The translations under genes and the position numbers were made by a program. A stretch of DNA of 64,000 nucleotides, taken from positions 320,001-384,000 of the forward strand of contig CBDDBZ010000038.1 in NCBI GenBank assembly GCA_965225945.1, in the 5' to 3' direction. The notes beneath the pieces are model-generated. The model was not told the DNA's origin. It was given only the letters and a program-made list of their open reading frames with translations, and ran no database searches. Numbering within the stretch: the first letter of the stretch is position 1; each line of letters opens with the position of its first letter. Shown one piece after another: positions 20,942 through 31,201 of the stretch. Source of the DNA: Alphaproteobacteria bacterium. Lineage in GTDB: Bacteria; Pseudomonadota; Alphaproteobacteria; GCA-2731375.

Positions 20942-22537
20942 TCAGTGCCGAAAATGCCGCGTGCCGGTGAAGACCATGGCGAGGCCGGCGGCGTTGGCGG
21001 CCGCGATCACTTCCTCGTCGCGGATCGAGCCGCCGGGCTGGATCACCGCCGTCGCCCCCGCATCGGCCGCCGCCAGCAAGCCGTCGGCAAAGGGAAAGAA
21101 GGCGTCCGAGGCCACCACCGAGCCCTCGGTCCGCGCGGTCGTCTCGCCCGCCGCGTCGCCCGCCTCGCGCGATTTCAGCGCGGCAAGGCGGGCACTGTCG
21201 AGGCGGCTCATCTGTCCGGCGCCGACGCCGACCGTGGCGCCGTCCTTGACGTAGACGATGGCGTTCGACTTGACGTGCTTGGCGACGGTGTCGGCGAACA
21301 CGAGGTCGCGGGTCTCGGCCGCGCTCGGCGCCCGCTCGGTGACGACGCGAAGGTCCTCCGCCCGGCTCTGCGCGCCGTCGCGCGACTGTGCCAGGATGCC
21401 GCCGGCCGCCGAGCGGAAGACCATGCCGGCGGCGCCCGGGTCCGGCAGGTCGCCACTCAGCAGCAGGCGCAGGTTCCCTTTGGCGGCGATGATCTCAGCT
21501 GCCGCCTCCTCGGCGTCGGGGGCGATGATCACCTCGGTGAAGATCTCGGCGATTCGCGCCGCCGTCGCGGCGTCGAGTCTCCGGTTGAGGGCGATGATAC
21601 CGCCGAAGGCGCTGACCGGATCGCAGGCGAGCGCCCGGGCATAGGCGGTCTCCAGATCCTCGGCCAGCGCCACGCCACAAGGGTTGGCGTGCTTGATGAT
21701 AGCCACCGCCGCCGAGGCATGGGGTGGAAACTCCGCCACCAGCTCGAAGGCGGCGTCGGTGTCGTTCAAATTGTTGTAGCTGAGCGCCTTGCCTTGCACC
21801 TGGCGCGCCGTGGCGACGCCCGGCCGCGCCGTGCCCGAGACATAGAACGCGGCAACCTGGTGCGGGTTTTCGCCATAGCGCAGGACCTCCCGGCGTCGCC
21901 CGGCGAGCACCAGGCGCTCGGGGAAGCGCTCGCCGACCTCGCCCGCGAACCAGTCGGAGATCGCCGCGTCGTAAGCCCCCGTCGCGGCGTAAGCCTTGGC
22001 GGCGAGCGAACGCCTGAGCGCCAGCGTCGTCGCGCCGTCGTTCCCGGCCATTTCCGCCAGCACGGCCGCCTGATCGTCGGGGTCGACCAGCACGACGACA
22101 TGGGCGTGGTTCTTGGCCGCCGAGCGCAGCAGCGCCGGCCCGCCGATGTCGATGTTTTCGATACAGGCGAGCGCATCGGCGCCGGAGGCGACCGTCGCCT
22201 CGAAGGGATAGAGGTTGACCGCCACCAGGTCGATCGCGCCGATTCCGTGCGCCGCCATCGCCTCGCGGTCGGCGGGATCGTCGCGCCGGGCGAGGATGGC
22301 GCCATGGACCGCCGGGTGCAGCGTCTTCACCCGCCCGTCCATCAGCTCGGGGTATCCGGTGAGCTCGCTCACTTCGCGCACGGGGACGCCGGCCTCGGCG
22401 ATTGTACGGGCCGAGCCGCCGGTGGAGACGATCTCGACCCCGTGCGCGGCGAGCGCGGCGGCGAATTCGGCCAGGCCGGTCTTGTCCGAAACGGAGATCA
22501 AGGCCCGCCGGACGGGGACCAGATCGCGCGCGCTCAT
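20942..22537 (-). CDS. purH: AICAR transformylase / IMP cyclohydrolase
   Basis: [19 protein letters not shown] and SDAFFPF motifs, TGTRHFRH end. Confidence 0.98.
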   Translation of the reverse strand: MSARDLVPVRRALISVSDKTGLAEFAAALAAHGVEIVSTGGSARTIAEAGVPVREVSELTGYPELMDGRVKTLHPAVHGAILARRDDPADREAMAAHGIGAIDLVAVNLYPFEATVASGADALACIENIDIGGPALLRSAAKNHAHVVVLVDPDDQAAVLAEMAGNDGATTLALRRSLAAKAYAATGAYDAAISDWFAGEVGERFPERLVLAGRRREVLRYGENPHQVAAFYVSGTARPGVATARQVQGKALSYNNLNDTDAAFELVAEFPPHASAAVAIIKHANPCGVALAEDLETAYARALACDPVSAFGGIIALNRRLDAATAARIAEIFTEVIIAPDAEEAAAEIIAAKGNLRLLLSGDLPDPGAAGMVFRSAAGGILAQSRDGAQSRAEDLRVVTERAPSAAETRDLVFADTVAKHVKSNAIVYVKDGATVGVGAGQMSRLDSARLAALKSREAGDAAGETTARTEGSVVASDAFFPFADGLLAAADAGATAVIQPGGSIRDEEVIAAANAAGLAMVFTGTRHFRH

Positions 22538-22600
22538 GAGGCTGCTCCAGGCGGTCGGGACACTTCGCCCCCGCCTATAGCATGGGCGCCCGGCCGCTTG

Positions 22601-22762
22601 CTATTCCGCCGCGTCGACCCGCTTCGCGGGGTCGGCGAAGGCGGCCATCAGCTCCGCTCCCACGGCCTCGGCGCGCACCACGTTCCGCGCCTTGACGTGA
22701 CCGAAGCCGCGAATCATGTCCCGAATCTCGGCGATCAAATGAGCCCGTGCGGCGATGTCGAG
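22601..22762 (-). pseudogene. C-terminal remnant of an indolepyruvate:ferredoxin oxidoreductase-family gene
   Basis: IAEIRDMIRGFGHVK resembles the family's terminal IRG(Y/F)GHVK motif; no upstream body. Confidence 0.6.
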
Positions 22763-22832
22763 GCGGGCTTCACGCCGGCCCCGACGAGCCCTACCATGGC
22801 GGCGAGTTCGGAAGCGAGCGGGGGGCGCGACC

Positions 22833-23090
22833 ATGGCGAAGGACAGCGCGGGCAAGCGGGGACGGATCCTGCTCGCTGGCTTGATCCTGGCGCTGTCGGT
22901 GCCGTTTGGCTTCGTCATCGCCCTTGTGGTCACGCCCTTTCTCTGGTGGATGGAAATCCGGGCCGCGTTTGCCTTCGCGGCGCAACCGGGACCCAAGCTG
23001 TACGTCATCGTGCTCTCGGTCCTGTTCGTATGGGGCGTGCTCTACGCCATCAGCGCCATGGTGATCAGGTACCGCCGAAACCAGCGTTGA
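22833..23090 (+). CDS. small two-helix membrane protein
   Basis: Two hydrophobic segments; ATG at 22833. Confidence 0.65.
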   Translation: MAKDSAGKRGRILLAGLILALSVPFGFVIALVVTPFLWWMEIRAAFAFAAQPGPKLYVIVLSVLFVWGVLYAISAMVIRYRRNQR

Positions 23091-23170
23091 AGCGCCGCTT
23101 CGAAGGCGTGACCATCGGTGGCGATCGGCCGCGCTGAAACGACATATCGGTTTCTCGGGAAGGGGAAAGC

Positions 23171-24232
23171 ATGAGCAAGCGAATCGCGATCGTCGGCGCC
23201 GGCGCCGTCGGCAGCCACGTCGGCGGCTATCTGGTGAAGAGCGGCCACGAGGTCATCTTCATCGATCCCTGGCCGGAGCACGTCGAGGTCATGCGCAACG
23301 ACGGCCTGACGCTGGCCGGGCTGAGCGAGCCCGAGTGCTTCACCGTGGCCGTCCGCGCCATGCATCTCACCGAGCTCGAATGCCTCTCCCGCGAGCCCGG
23401 CATCGACATCGCCTTCGTCTGCACCAAGTCCTACGACACCGAATGGGCGACGGTGATGATCCGGCAATATCTGGCGCCGGATGGCTTCGTCGTTTCGCTC
23501 CAGAACGGCATCAACGAGGACCGCATCGCCCGAATCGTCGGCTGGGGCCGCACGGTCGGCTGCATCGCCTCGATGATCTCAGTCGAACTGCACGCGCCGG
23601 GCCAGGTCCGCCGCAACGTCGCCCTCGGCGGGGAAAGACACACCGTGTTCCGCGTCGGCGAGGCGCACGGCCGCATCACGCCCAGAATCGAGGAGGTGGC
23701 GCAAATGGTCTCGGCCGCCGACAGCTCCAAGGCGACCAGCAACCTCTGGGGCGAGCGTTGGTCGAAGCTGGTGGCGAACTCGATGCGGAACGGCCTCTAC
23801 GCCGCCGCCGGTCTCGCCGGCGGCGCCGTCGACCTGATGGACACGCCGCGGATCGTGGCCCTCAAGCTCGCGACCGAAGCCGTGGTGGTCGGTCGCGCCC
23901 AGGGCTTCGTGCTGGAGACGATTTATGGGCAATCGCCGGACGCGCTTTATGCCGCCGGCACCGGCGACGCGGCCGCCTTCAAGGAGCTGGAGGCCTCGCT
24001 GATCGAGCGGGCCCGCAAGTCCAACGCCGCCGCGACCCACCGGCCCTCGATGGCGCAGGACATGGCCAAGGGGCGGCGCACCGAGATCGAGTTCCTGAAC
24101 GGCCTGGTGGTCGAGCGGGGCGAGCTCGTCGGCGTGCCGACGCCGACCAACCGGGCCATGATCGAGCTGGTGCAACGGGTCGAGCGCCGCGAGGTCCCGG
24201 CCTCGGTCGAGCTGCTGAACGAGTTGATGTGA
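23171..24232 (+). CDS. ketopantoate reductase (PanE/ApbA) family
   Basis: GAGAVG, TKSYD, SLQNG and SMAQD...RRTEI motifs. Confidence 0.9.
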   Translation: MSKRIAIVGAGAVGSHVGGYLVKSGHEVIFIDPWPEHVEVMRNDGLTLAGLSEPECFTVAVRAMHLTELECLSREPGIDIAFVCTKSYDTEWATVMIRQYLAPDGFVVSLQNGINEDRIARIVGWGRTVGCIASMISVELHAPGQVRRNVALGGERHTVFRVGEAHGRITPRIEEVAQMVSAADSSKATSNLWGERWSKLVANSMRNGLYAAAGLAGGAVDLMDTPRIVALKLATEAVVVGRAQGFVLETIYGQSPDALYAAGTGDAAAFKELEASLIERARKSNAAATHRPSMAQDMAKGRRTEIEFLNGLVVERGELVGVPTPTNRAMIELVQRVERREVPASVELLNELM

Positions 24233-24729
24233 GCACGGGAGGTCGTTTCGTCGTGGGGGAGGAAGGCTTGGAGCTTCGCATCAACGGCGAGAGGCGATCG
24301 CTCGCCGGCGATCCCGAGACGCCGCTCGTCTTCGTGCTGCGCAACGAGCTGGGGCTGACGGGCACCAAATACGGCTGCGGACTGGAACAGTGTGGCAGTT
24401 GCGCCGTCCTGGTCGACGGCGAGGCGCGCCTGAGCTGCGTCACGCCGGCCAGCGCGTTCCAGGGCCGCGACGTCGTGACGGTCGAGGCGCTGGGCGAGGA
24501 TGCGGTCGGGGCCCGGGTGATCGAGGCCTTCATCGCCGAGGCGGCGGCGCAGTGCGGCTATTGCACGCCGGGCCTGGTGGTCGCCGCGACCGCGTTGCTG
24601 AAGGCCGAGCCTGCGCCGAGCGAGGCAGCGATCCGCCGGGCGCTTTCCGCCCATCTCTGTCGTTGCGGCTCGCACCACCGCGTGCTGCGCGCGGTCCGCC
24701 GGGCCGGGGGCACGGGCGATCGCGACTAA
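24229..24729 (+). CDS. (2Fe-2S) subunit of a molybdo-hydroxylase
   Basis: [22 protein letters not shown] and LCRCG motifs. Confidence 0.92.
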   Translation: MSTGGRFVVGEEGLELRINGERRSLAGDPETPLVFVLRNELGLTGTKYGCGLEQCGSCAVLVDGEARLSCVTPASAFQGRDVVTVEALGEDAVGARVIEAFIAEAAAQCGYCTPGLVVAATALLKAEPAPSEAAIRRALSAHLCRCGSHHRVLRAVRRAGGTGDRD

Positions 24730-26869
24730 TCCCAGCCTGACCAAGCAACCCCGGGTCGATGCGTGGATCTCGCTGGCGCAAGAGGGGCGCGTTCTGGTGC
24801 GCAGCGGCAAGGTCGATATCGGCCAGCGCGTTTCCGATGCCATCCTCAGGATCGCGGCCGACGAGCTGGACGTCGATCCGGCCCGCGTCGTGGTCGAGGC
24901 GCGGCGGACCGGCGTCAGCCCCGACGAGGGCGTCACCTCCGGCAGCAACTCGATGGAGGAGTCCGGCACGGCCATGCGCCTCGCCGCCGCCACCCTCAGG
25001 CGCGAATTGGTGGCCCGCGCGGCCGCCGCCTTCGGCGTCGCGGTCGAGGGCATCGAGGTCGACGACGGCGAGCTGCGGTCCCGCGCCACCAACCAGTCGA
25101 CCACCTATTGGCGCCTCGCCGCCGAGGCCCCGCTGGAACTCGAGATCGATCCGGAGGTCCGGGCGAAGGCGCCGGAAGCCTACCGGGTGGTCGGCGGGGA
25201 TATGCCGGCCCTGGGCATCGAGGACCTGGTGCGCGGCCGGACCCGCTTCGTCCACGACTTAGGGCTGGACGGCATGCTGCATGCCCGCGTGGTTCGCCCG
25301 GCGCGGGAGGCGGCAAAGCTCGCCGGCGTCGACGAGGCGGCTATCGGGCGGCTCGGCCAGGCCGGCATCGAGGTGGTCCGCGACGCCAGCTTCCTCGCCG
25401 TCGCCGGGGCCGACGAATGGTGCGTCGTCGCCGCCGCCGAGGAACTCGGCCGCGCCACCACCTGGTCGCTCGGTCCCGAACTCGACGTGACGCCGCTCGA
25501 CCGCCAGCTGCTGGAGCGGCCCAGAGAAAGCTATCCGGTGATCGACGGCACGCCGACGAGCGCCCCGGTGCCGCCCGCGCCCTCGGCCCCGGCCTCGGCC
25601 GTCACCTCTCGCCACGCCCGCTACGTGCGGCCCTATGTGCTGCACGGCTCGATCGGCCCGTCGGCAGCGCTGGCGGTGATGGAGGCGGGAGATCTCGCCG
25701 TCTGGACCCAGAGTCAGGGAATCTACCCGCTCCGCGCCAGCCTCTCGGCGCTTCTGGCCATGGAACTCGAGCGGATCACCGTCCATCACGCGCCGGGCGC
25801 CGGCTGCTACGGCCACAACGGGGCGGACGACGCGGCGCTCGAGGCGGCGCTGGTGGCCCGCGCGCTCCCGTCCCGCCCGATCCTGCTGAAATGGACCCGG
25901 GCGGACGAGCACGGCTGGGAGCCCTTCGGCCCCGCCATGTTGATGGATCTGGCGGCGAGCCTCGACGGCGAGGGCAACGTCGTCGCCTGGTCGCACGAGG
26001 TCATGAGCGACACCCACATCGCCCGGCCCCGGCCGGGCACGCCGGGGCTCGGGCCCGAGCGGCTGTTGGCCACCCGCTATTTGGGCGAAGGCTCGCCCCG
26101 GCCGGCGCCGGTGGCGAACATGACCCACCACGGCGGCATCCACCGGAACGCCGAACCGATCTATCGCTTTCCCGATCCCCATATCGTCAAGCACCTGGTC
26201 CTGGGCCTGCCGCTCAGGACCTCGGCGCTCCGCACCCTCGGCGCCTTCGCCAATGTCTTCGCTATCGAATCCTTCATCGACGAGCTGGCGCTCGCTGCCG
26301 GCGAGGACGCGCTCGCCTTCCGGCTCCGCCATCTCGACGATTTGCGCGCGGCCGAGGTGCTGCGCCGGGCGGCGGAGGCGATCGGCTGGGACCGGCCCCG
26401 GCCCGAGGGACGCGGTCGGGGTCTCGCCATGGCGCGATACAAGGCGACCAAGGCCTATGCCGCGATCGGCGTCGAGCTTTCGGTGCCTGAGGACGCGGGC
26501 ATCCGCTTGCATCGCGCCGTGGTGGCCAGCGATGCGGGCCAGATCGTCGATCCCGACGCGCTCCGCGCCCAGCTCGAGGGCGGCTTCCTGCAAGCGGCGA
26601 GCTGGACGCTTCTGGAGGCCGTCGCCTTCGACCGCGATTCGGTCACCAGCCGGGACTGGGAGAGCTATCCGATCCTCGGTTTCGACGCGGTGCCGGAGAT
26701 CGAGACAATACTGGTGGACCGGCCGGGTGAGCCGTATCTCGGCGCGGGCGAGGGGGCCGCGGTACCGACCGCCGCGGCGATCGCCAACGCCGTCTTCGAG
26801 GCGACCGGCGTGCGCGCCCGCCGCCTGCCGCTGACACCCGAAACCCTGCGCGCGGCCGCCTCGGAGTGA
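24719..26869 (+). CDS. molybdopterin-binding large subunit (nicotinate/isoquinoline dehydrogenase-like); start codon uncertain
   Basis: GKVDIGQ, GCYGHNGADD, SALRTLGA and GAGE motifs; in-frame, family-like sequence extends upstream of the 24797 GTG. Confidence 0.85.
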   Translation: MATNPSLTKQPRVDAWISLAQEGRVLVRSGKVDIGQRVSDAILRIAADELDVDPARVVVEARRTGVSPDEGVTSGSNSMEESGTAMRLAAATLRRELVARAAAAFGVAVEGIEVDDGELRSRATNQSTTYWRLAAEAPLELEIDPEVRAKAPEAYRVVGGDMPALGIEDLVRGRTRFVHDLGLDGMLHARVVRPAREAAKLAGVDEAAIGRLGQAGIEVVRDASFLAVAGADEWCVVAAAEELGRATTWSLGPELDVTPLDRQLLERPRESYPVIDGTPTSAPVPPAPSAPASAVTSRHARYVRPYVLHGSIGPSAALAVMEAGDLAVWTQSQGIYPLRASLSALLAMELERITVHHAPGAGCYGHNGADDAALEAALVARALPSRPILLKWTRADEHGWEPFGPAMLMDLAASLDGEGNVVAWSHEVMSDTHIARPRPGTPGLGPERLLATRYLGEGSPRPAPVANMTHHGGIHRNAEPIYRFPDPHIVKHLVLGLPLRTSALRTLGAFANVFAIESFIDELALAAGEDALAFRLRHLDDLRAAEVLRRAAEAIGWDRPRPEGRGRGLAMARYKATKAYAAIGVELSVPEDAGIRLHRAVVASDAGQIVDPDALRAQLEGGFLQAASWTLLEAVAFDRDSVTSRDWESYPILGFDAVPEIETILVDRPGEPYLGAGEGAAVPTAAAIANAVFEATGVRARRLPLTPETLRAAASE

Positions 26870-26982
26870 GGCGCCGAGGTCGCCCCGACATCGCCTTGCG
26901 CCCCCGCCCGCGCCCGTCTAGTTTGCGCGCCGCCGGGCCCTTCGGCGGGTTCAAGTGGGATTTTTGGGGGAGTCACGCGCCC

Positions 26983-27123
26983 ATGGTGGAAACCGGAGGC
27001 ATCGCTCGGGAGCGATTGCGTCACCTCATCGAGCGGGTCGAACGCCTGGAGGACGAGCGCCGCGCGCTTGGCGCCGACGCGCGCGAGATTTACGCCGAGG
27101 CCAAGGCGCTCGGGATGGAATGA
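26983..27123 (+). CDS. gapR: internally deleted GapR/DUF2312 protein (46 aa)
   Basis: GIARERLRHLIERVERLEDERRAL..D.REIYAEAK joined directly to ALGME*. Confidence 0.75.
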   Translation: MVETGGIARERLRHLIERVERLEDERRALGADAREIYAEAKALGME

Positions 27124-27124
27124 G

Positions 27125-28456
27125 ATGACGACGAGACGAATCGACAAAGTCGCGGTCATGGGCGCCGGCACCATGGGCAGCGGCATCGCCGCCCTTTGCG
27201 CCGCCAACGGCATCGAGGTTCTGCTGTTGGACCTGGCGAGCCGCGAGGGCGAGCGGAACGCTGTCGCCGCCGGGGCCAAGGCTGCTATGCTCGAGGGCCG
27301 CGCGCCGCTGCTGGAGGCGGCGGCCGACGCCGAGCGGATCACGATCGGCAATTTCGACGACGACATGGGCCGCCTCGGGAGTGTGGACCTGATCGTCGAG
27401 GCGATCGTCGAGGACCTGGGCGCCAAGCGGGCGCTCTTCGAGAAGCTGGAGGCGGCGCGCCGCGACGGCTCCATCGTCACCACGAATACCAGTGGCATCC
27501 CGCTCCGCGACATCGTCGCCGGCCTGCCCGAGCGGCTTGGCCGGGACGTCGCGGTCACGCATTTCTTCAACCCCGTCAAAGTGATGAAGCTGGTGGAGCT
27601 GGTCGCGGGCGAGGCCACCATGGGCGATGTCGTCGAGTGCCTGGAGAGCTTTCTCAGGCACCGCCTGTCGAAGGGCGTGGTGCGGGCCAAGGATACGGTC
27701 AACTTCATCGCCAACCGGATCGGCTGTTTCTGGTTGCTCGCCGGCTTGGCGGAGGGCGAAGCGGCGATCGCCAAGGGTGTCTCGATCGAGACCATGGACG
27801 CGGCGATGAGCGCCCCGGTGGGGGTGCCCGCCACCGGCCTCTTCGGTCTGGTCGACCTGATCGGCCTCGACGTCTTGGGGCTGATCGCCGCCAATCTCAA
27901 CGACAACCTACCAGCGGGCGATGCCGGGCGCGACTATATCGCGCTGCCGGCGGGCATCCAGGCGATGCTCGATGGCGGCCAGCTCGGGCGCAAGTCCGGC
28001 GGCGGCTTCTACCGCATGACCAAGACCGACGACGGCGGGCGGCTGCGCGAGGTTTACGATCATCACGGGCGCGTTTGGCGCGACGTGGGCGCGGCGGACT
28101 TGAGCGAGGGCGAGCGGGACCTCGCCGGCCTCCTCTTCGCCGAGAGCGCCGTCGGCCGCTACGCCTGGGACGTGATGGGCCGGACGCTGCTCTACGCCGC
28201 CGATCTGGTGCCGGAGATTTCCGACGACATCGTCGGCATCGATTCCGCCATGCGCTGGGGCTTCGCCTGGAAGCAGGGCCCCTTCCAGATGCTGGACAGG
28301 CTCGGCCCGGCGCGCGTGGCGGCCCGCTTGGAGGCCGAGGGCCGGCCCGTGCCGGCGATGCTGCGCACGCTTCGCGAAACCGGCGGCGAGAGCTTCTATC
28401 GCGCCGACGGGGCCGAACATTTGGGCCCGGACGGCTCCTATCATGGGGTAAGATGA
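27125..28456 (+). CDS. 3-hydroxyacyl-CoA dehydrogenase (NAD-binding plus two C-terminal domains, no hydratase domain)
   Basis: GAGTMG, HFFNP, FIANRIG and AMRWGFAW..GPF motifs. Confidence 0.88.
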   Translation: MTTRRIDKVAVMGAGTMGSGIAALCAANGIEVLLLDLASREGERNAVAAGAKAAMLEGRAPLLEAAADAERITIGNFDDDMGRLGSVDLIVEAIVEDLGAKRALFEKLEAARRDGSIVTTNTSGIPLRDIVAGLPERLGRDVAVTHFFNPVKVMKLVELVAGEATMGDVVECLESFLRHRLSKGVVRAKDTVNFIANRIGCFWLLAGLAEGEAAIAKGVSIETMDAAMSAPVGVPATGLFGLVDLIGLDVLGLIAANLNDNLPAGDAGRDYIALPAGIQAMLDGGQLGRKSGGGFYRMTKTDDGGRLREVYDHHGRVWRDVGAADLSEGERDLAGLLFAESAVGRYAWDVMGRTLLYAADLVPEISDDIVGIDSAMRWGFAWKQGPFQMLDRLGPARVAARLEAEGRPVPAMLRTLRETGGESFYRADGAEHLGPDGSYHGVR

Positions 28457-28485
28457 GGAACCGAGGCCCCGGAGATAGCGCGGGG

Positions 28486-28772
28486 CTAGTGGATAGAATC
28501 CAACACATGGTGCCCCTACGATCCCATATACTGGTTTCTCGGCAGGAGGGCGCCCGCCGGCGATGCCGGCACATCGTCAAGGGTGCCCGACGCAGCGAGA
28601 AGCCAGGATTTGGGAGAAGCCAGGATATGGGACCCGAAGGGCGGCTTCCCGAGCCCGCCGGACGCGTTGCCCGGCGCTTGTGATGCGCCCCCATCACGGC
28701 GCACCAGGCGCCTTTCCGGACGAGCTCGGGAAACCGTCGTAGGGGTACCATATGTTGGATTCTATCCACTAG
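28486..28772. mobile_element. MITE (287 bp) with 36-bp terminal inverted repeats and CTAG ends
   Basis: CTAGTGGATAGAATCCAACACATGGTGCCCCTACGA matches the reverse complement of the right end with 2 mismatches; no transposase. Confidence 0.88.
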
Positions 28773-28791
28773 GGACCAGGGAGGCATCGAG

Positions 28792-29343
28792 ATGCGACGG
28801 TCGGGTTCATTCGCGCCGATACTTGTGGGCTGTCTTCTGCTGGCGAGCACCCTGGCGCAAGCCGCCGGCGAGACGACGCTCGATCGTTTCTTCGGCGAAT
28901 TCGTCGGCCGGACGAATTCCGAACGCGACCGGGGGCTCGACGAGCGGGATCTATCCATCACGATCGCGCCGGGCAAGAAGAAGGGCTTCTCCCTCGCCTG
29001 GACGACCGTGATTCCGCGCGTCGACGGCACCACGTCGCGCAAGTCCATCAAGATAAATTTTCAGCCGAGCAAGCGGGAATACATTTACAGCGCCGGCATG
29101 CAACAGAACTATTTCGGCGGTTGGGTGCCACTCGACCCGATGAAGGGGGAGCCCTACTACTGGGCGCGGGTTCGGGGCGATACGATGACCGTCTACGCCC
29201 TGCACGTGATCGACGACGGCTCCTATGAGATACAGGTCTCCGAACGCCGGCTGACCGACGACGGCATGGCTCTGACCTTCACCCGAACGCGGAGAGGCGA
29301 GATCCTCAAGACCATAACCGGCGTCCTGAAGCGGAAGAAGTAG
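28792..29343 (+). CDS. exported hypothetical protein
   Basis: Signal peptide ending AQA; GGAGG ribosome-binding site; beta-rich body. Confidence 0.8.
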   Translation: MRRSGSFAPILVGCLLLASTLAQAAGETTLDRFFGEFVGRTNSERDRGLDERDLSITIAPGKKKGFSLAWTTVIPRVDGTTSRKSIKINFQPSKREYIYSAGMQQNYFGGWVPLDPMKGEPYYWARVRGDTMTVYALHVIDDGSYEIQVSERRLTDDGMALTFTRTRRGEILKTITGVLKRKK

Positions 29344-29379
29344 CGCACCCCCCCGTCCACCCCTCGCCCCGATCCTAGC

Positions 29380-29409
29380 GGGTACCATATGTTGGATTCT
29401 ATCCACTAG
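29380..29409 (-). repeat. solo right end of the same MITE family
   Basis: GGGTACCATATGTTGGATTCTATCCACTAG identical to 28743-28772. Confidence 0.9.
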
Positions 29410-31022
29410 CGGCCTGTCGGACTGAGGTCCGCGAGAAGGGGTGTGGACGGATCGGGATGTGGAGAGGTCATGGGTTCGGGCATCTTTCGTGAGGACATGG
29501 CGTCCGGCCGCTTGCTCGCGTGTATCGCGAGGCGAGCATACACTTTAGGCCCTTTCGCGAGGACACGGAGTTGGGCCGCTTGCTCACGCGTATTGCAGGG
29601 TGAACATTCTTTTGATGTTCCAAGCCAGGGTCACCAAGTTCCATTCGCCCCTGACCTTGTCCAGGCCGCGTAGCGAGAACTGGCGGAAGCCCATCACCGA
29701 TTTGATGATGCCGAACACCGGTTCCGGCGTTTGCTTGCGCAGGGCGTAGAGTTGCCGGCCCTCGGGCGAGGCCAGTCGATGGCGCATCGCTTCCAGCGGC
29801 GTCGGGTTCTCCGGGGGCGGCGGTGCTCCGGCGAAGCGGTCCTTCCAGGAGAGATGATGGTGCTCCCGAGCGGGCGCGATCAGCGGCGCGATCCCGGCCT
29901 CGGCGCAGGCCTTCACGTTGGCCTCGCTGAAGTAGCCGCTGTCCGCCAGCAGGGTCTCGGGCGCGCCCAGCGCCTCGGAGAGCCGCTCGAGCGCTTCCAG
30001 CGCCGGCTCGATGTGTTGCTTGTCGTTGGGGGCCTGGACCACATCGTTGGTGACCACCAGCAGGCTGTCGACCGCCACCGTGGCCTGGGCGTTGTAAGAC
30101 TGTTCGAAGCCACCGCCGGCCACCGGCATGATGCGCGAGTCCGCGTCCGTCAGATTGACTTGGTCCTTCGGCCCGGGCCCGGCCACCGGCGGCTTGGGCG
30201 GACGGCCGCCCGGCTTGCGGCCCGTCTTCTCGGCCTTCTCCGCGCGCGCCTAGAGCTTCGCCTCGTACTCGGCCCGCTCCCGCTCATGGCGTTCGCGCGC
30301 CCGCGCCTCGATCGCCGCCTTGGCCTCGGCGATGCGGGCCAGACGATCCTCGCGCCGGGCCAGTTCTTCCGGTACCGACATCCCGTCCGGCACATCCGCC
30401 GCATCGGCCGCCTCCGCCAGCCTCATCAGTTCCACCACCTCGGCCTTCAACCGGGCTTCGATCTCGCAGGCGTGTTTCCACGACAAGGCACTGTGGCGGC
30501 TCGCGTTGGCATGCACCTTGGTGCCGTCCAGCGCCACCGTGCCCAGCTTCAGCAGCCCGGTTTCCCGAGCCAGCAGCAGCACCTCGACGAACAGCCCTTC
30601 GATCGAAACGAGAAAGCGCCGCCGGAAGCTGGCGATGGTGTCGTGGTCGGGATGGTCGTTGGCGGCGATGAAGCGGAAGGCCACCGAATCATAGCTCGCG
30701 CGCTCCAGCTTGCGGCTCGAAAACACTCCCGTGGCGTAGCCGTAGACCAGAAGCCCCAGCAGCACGCTCGGGTGATAGGACGCCGAGCCCGAGCCGCGAT
30801 AGGCCTTCACGAACGCCGAGAGGTCCAACTGCTCGATCACCTCGACCACGAAGCGCGCCAGATGCCGCTCGGGAAGCCATTCATCCACCGACGGCGGCAG
30901 CAGAAACCCCGTCTCGCGGTCCACCGCTCGGAAGTTGCTCATCACGGCCTCCATCAATCGCGGGCGAATCAATCGATGCCATCGAATCAGATCACACCCC
31001 TCGGCTCAAGTCCGACAGGCTG
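29410..31022 (-). mobile_element. IS1182-family insertion sequence (1613 bp)
   Basis: Inverted ends C(G/A)GCCTGTCGGACT; CTAG duplicated at 29406-29409 and 31023-31026. Confidence 0.92.
29584..30942 (-). pseudogene. IS1182 transposase with an in-frame TAG at 30250-30252
   Basis: LLPPSVDEWL, DGTKVHANAS and EPVFGIIK motifs; the two ORFs share a frame. Confidence 0.9.
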
Positions 31023-31201
31023 CTAGGGGAGCGCTATCGACGACGTGCGGTCGATCCCGTCCCGCCCTCGCTTCACGCCATTCGCCCTGCCATTCGTTCT
31101 GGTCGAGTCGGGTCGGAATCGTTTACACTCACGGGCGACGACATCGGCCGGCCGGCGGGGCGCGGCCCGGCGGGGCCGACCGCGATGCGAGGGTGCGACA
31201 C

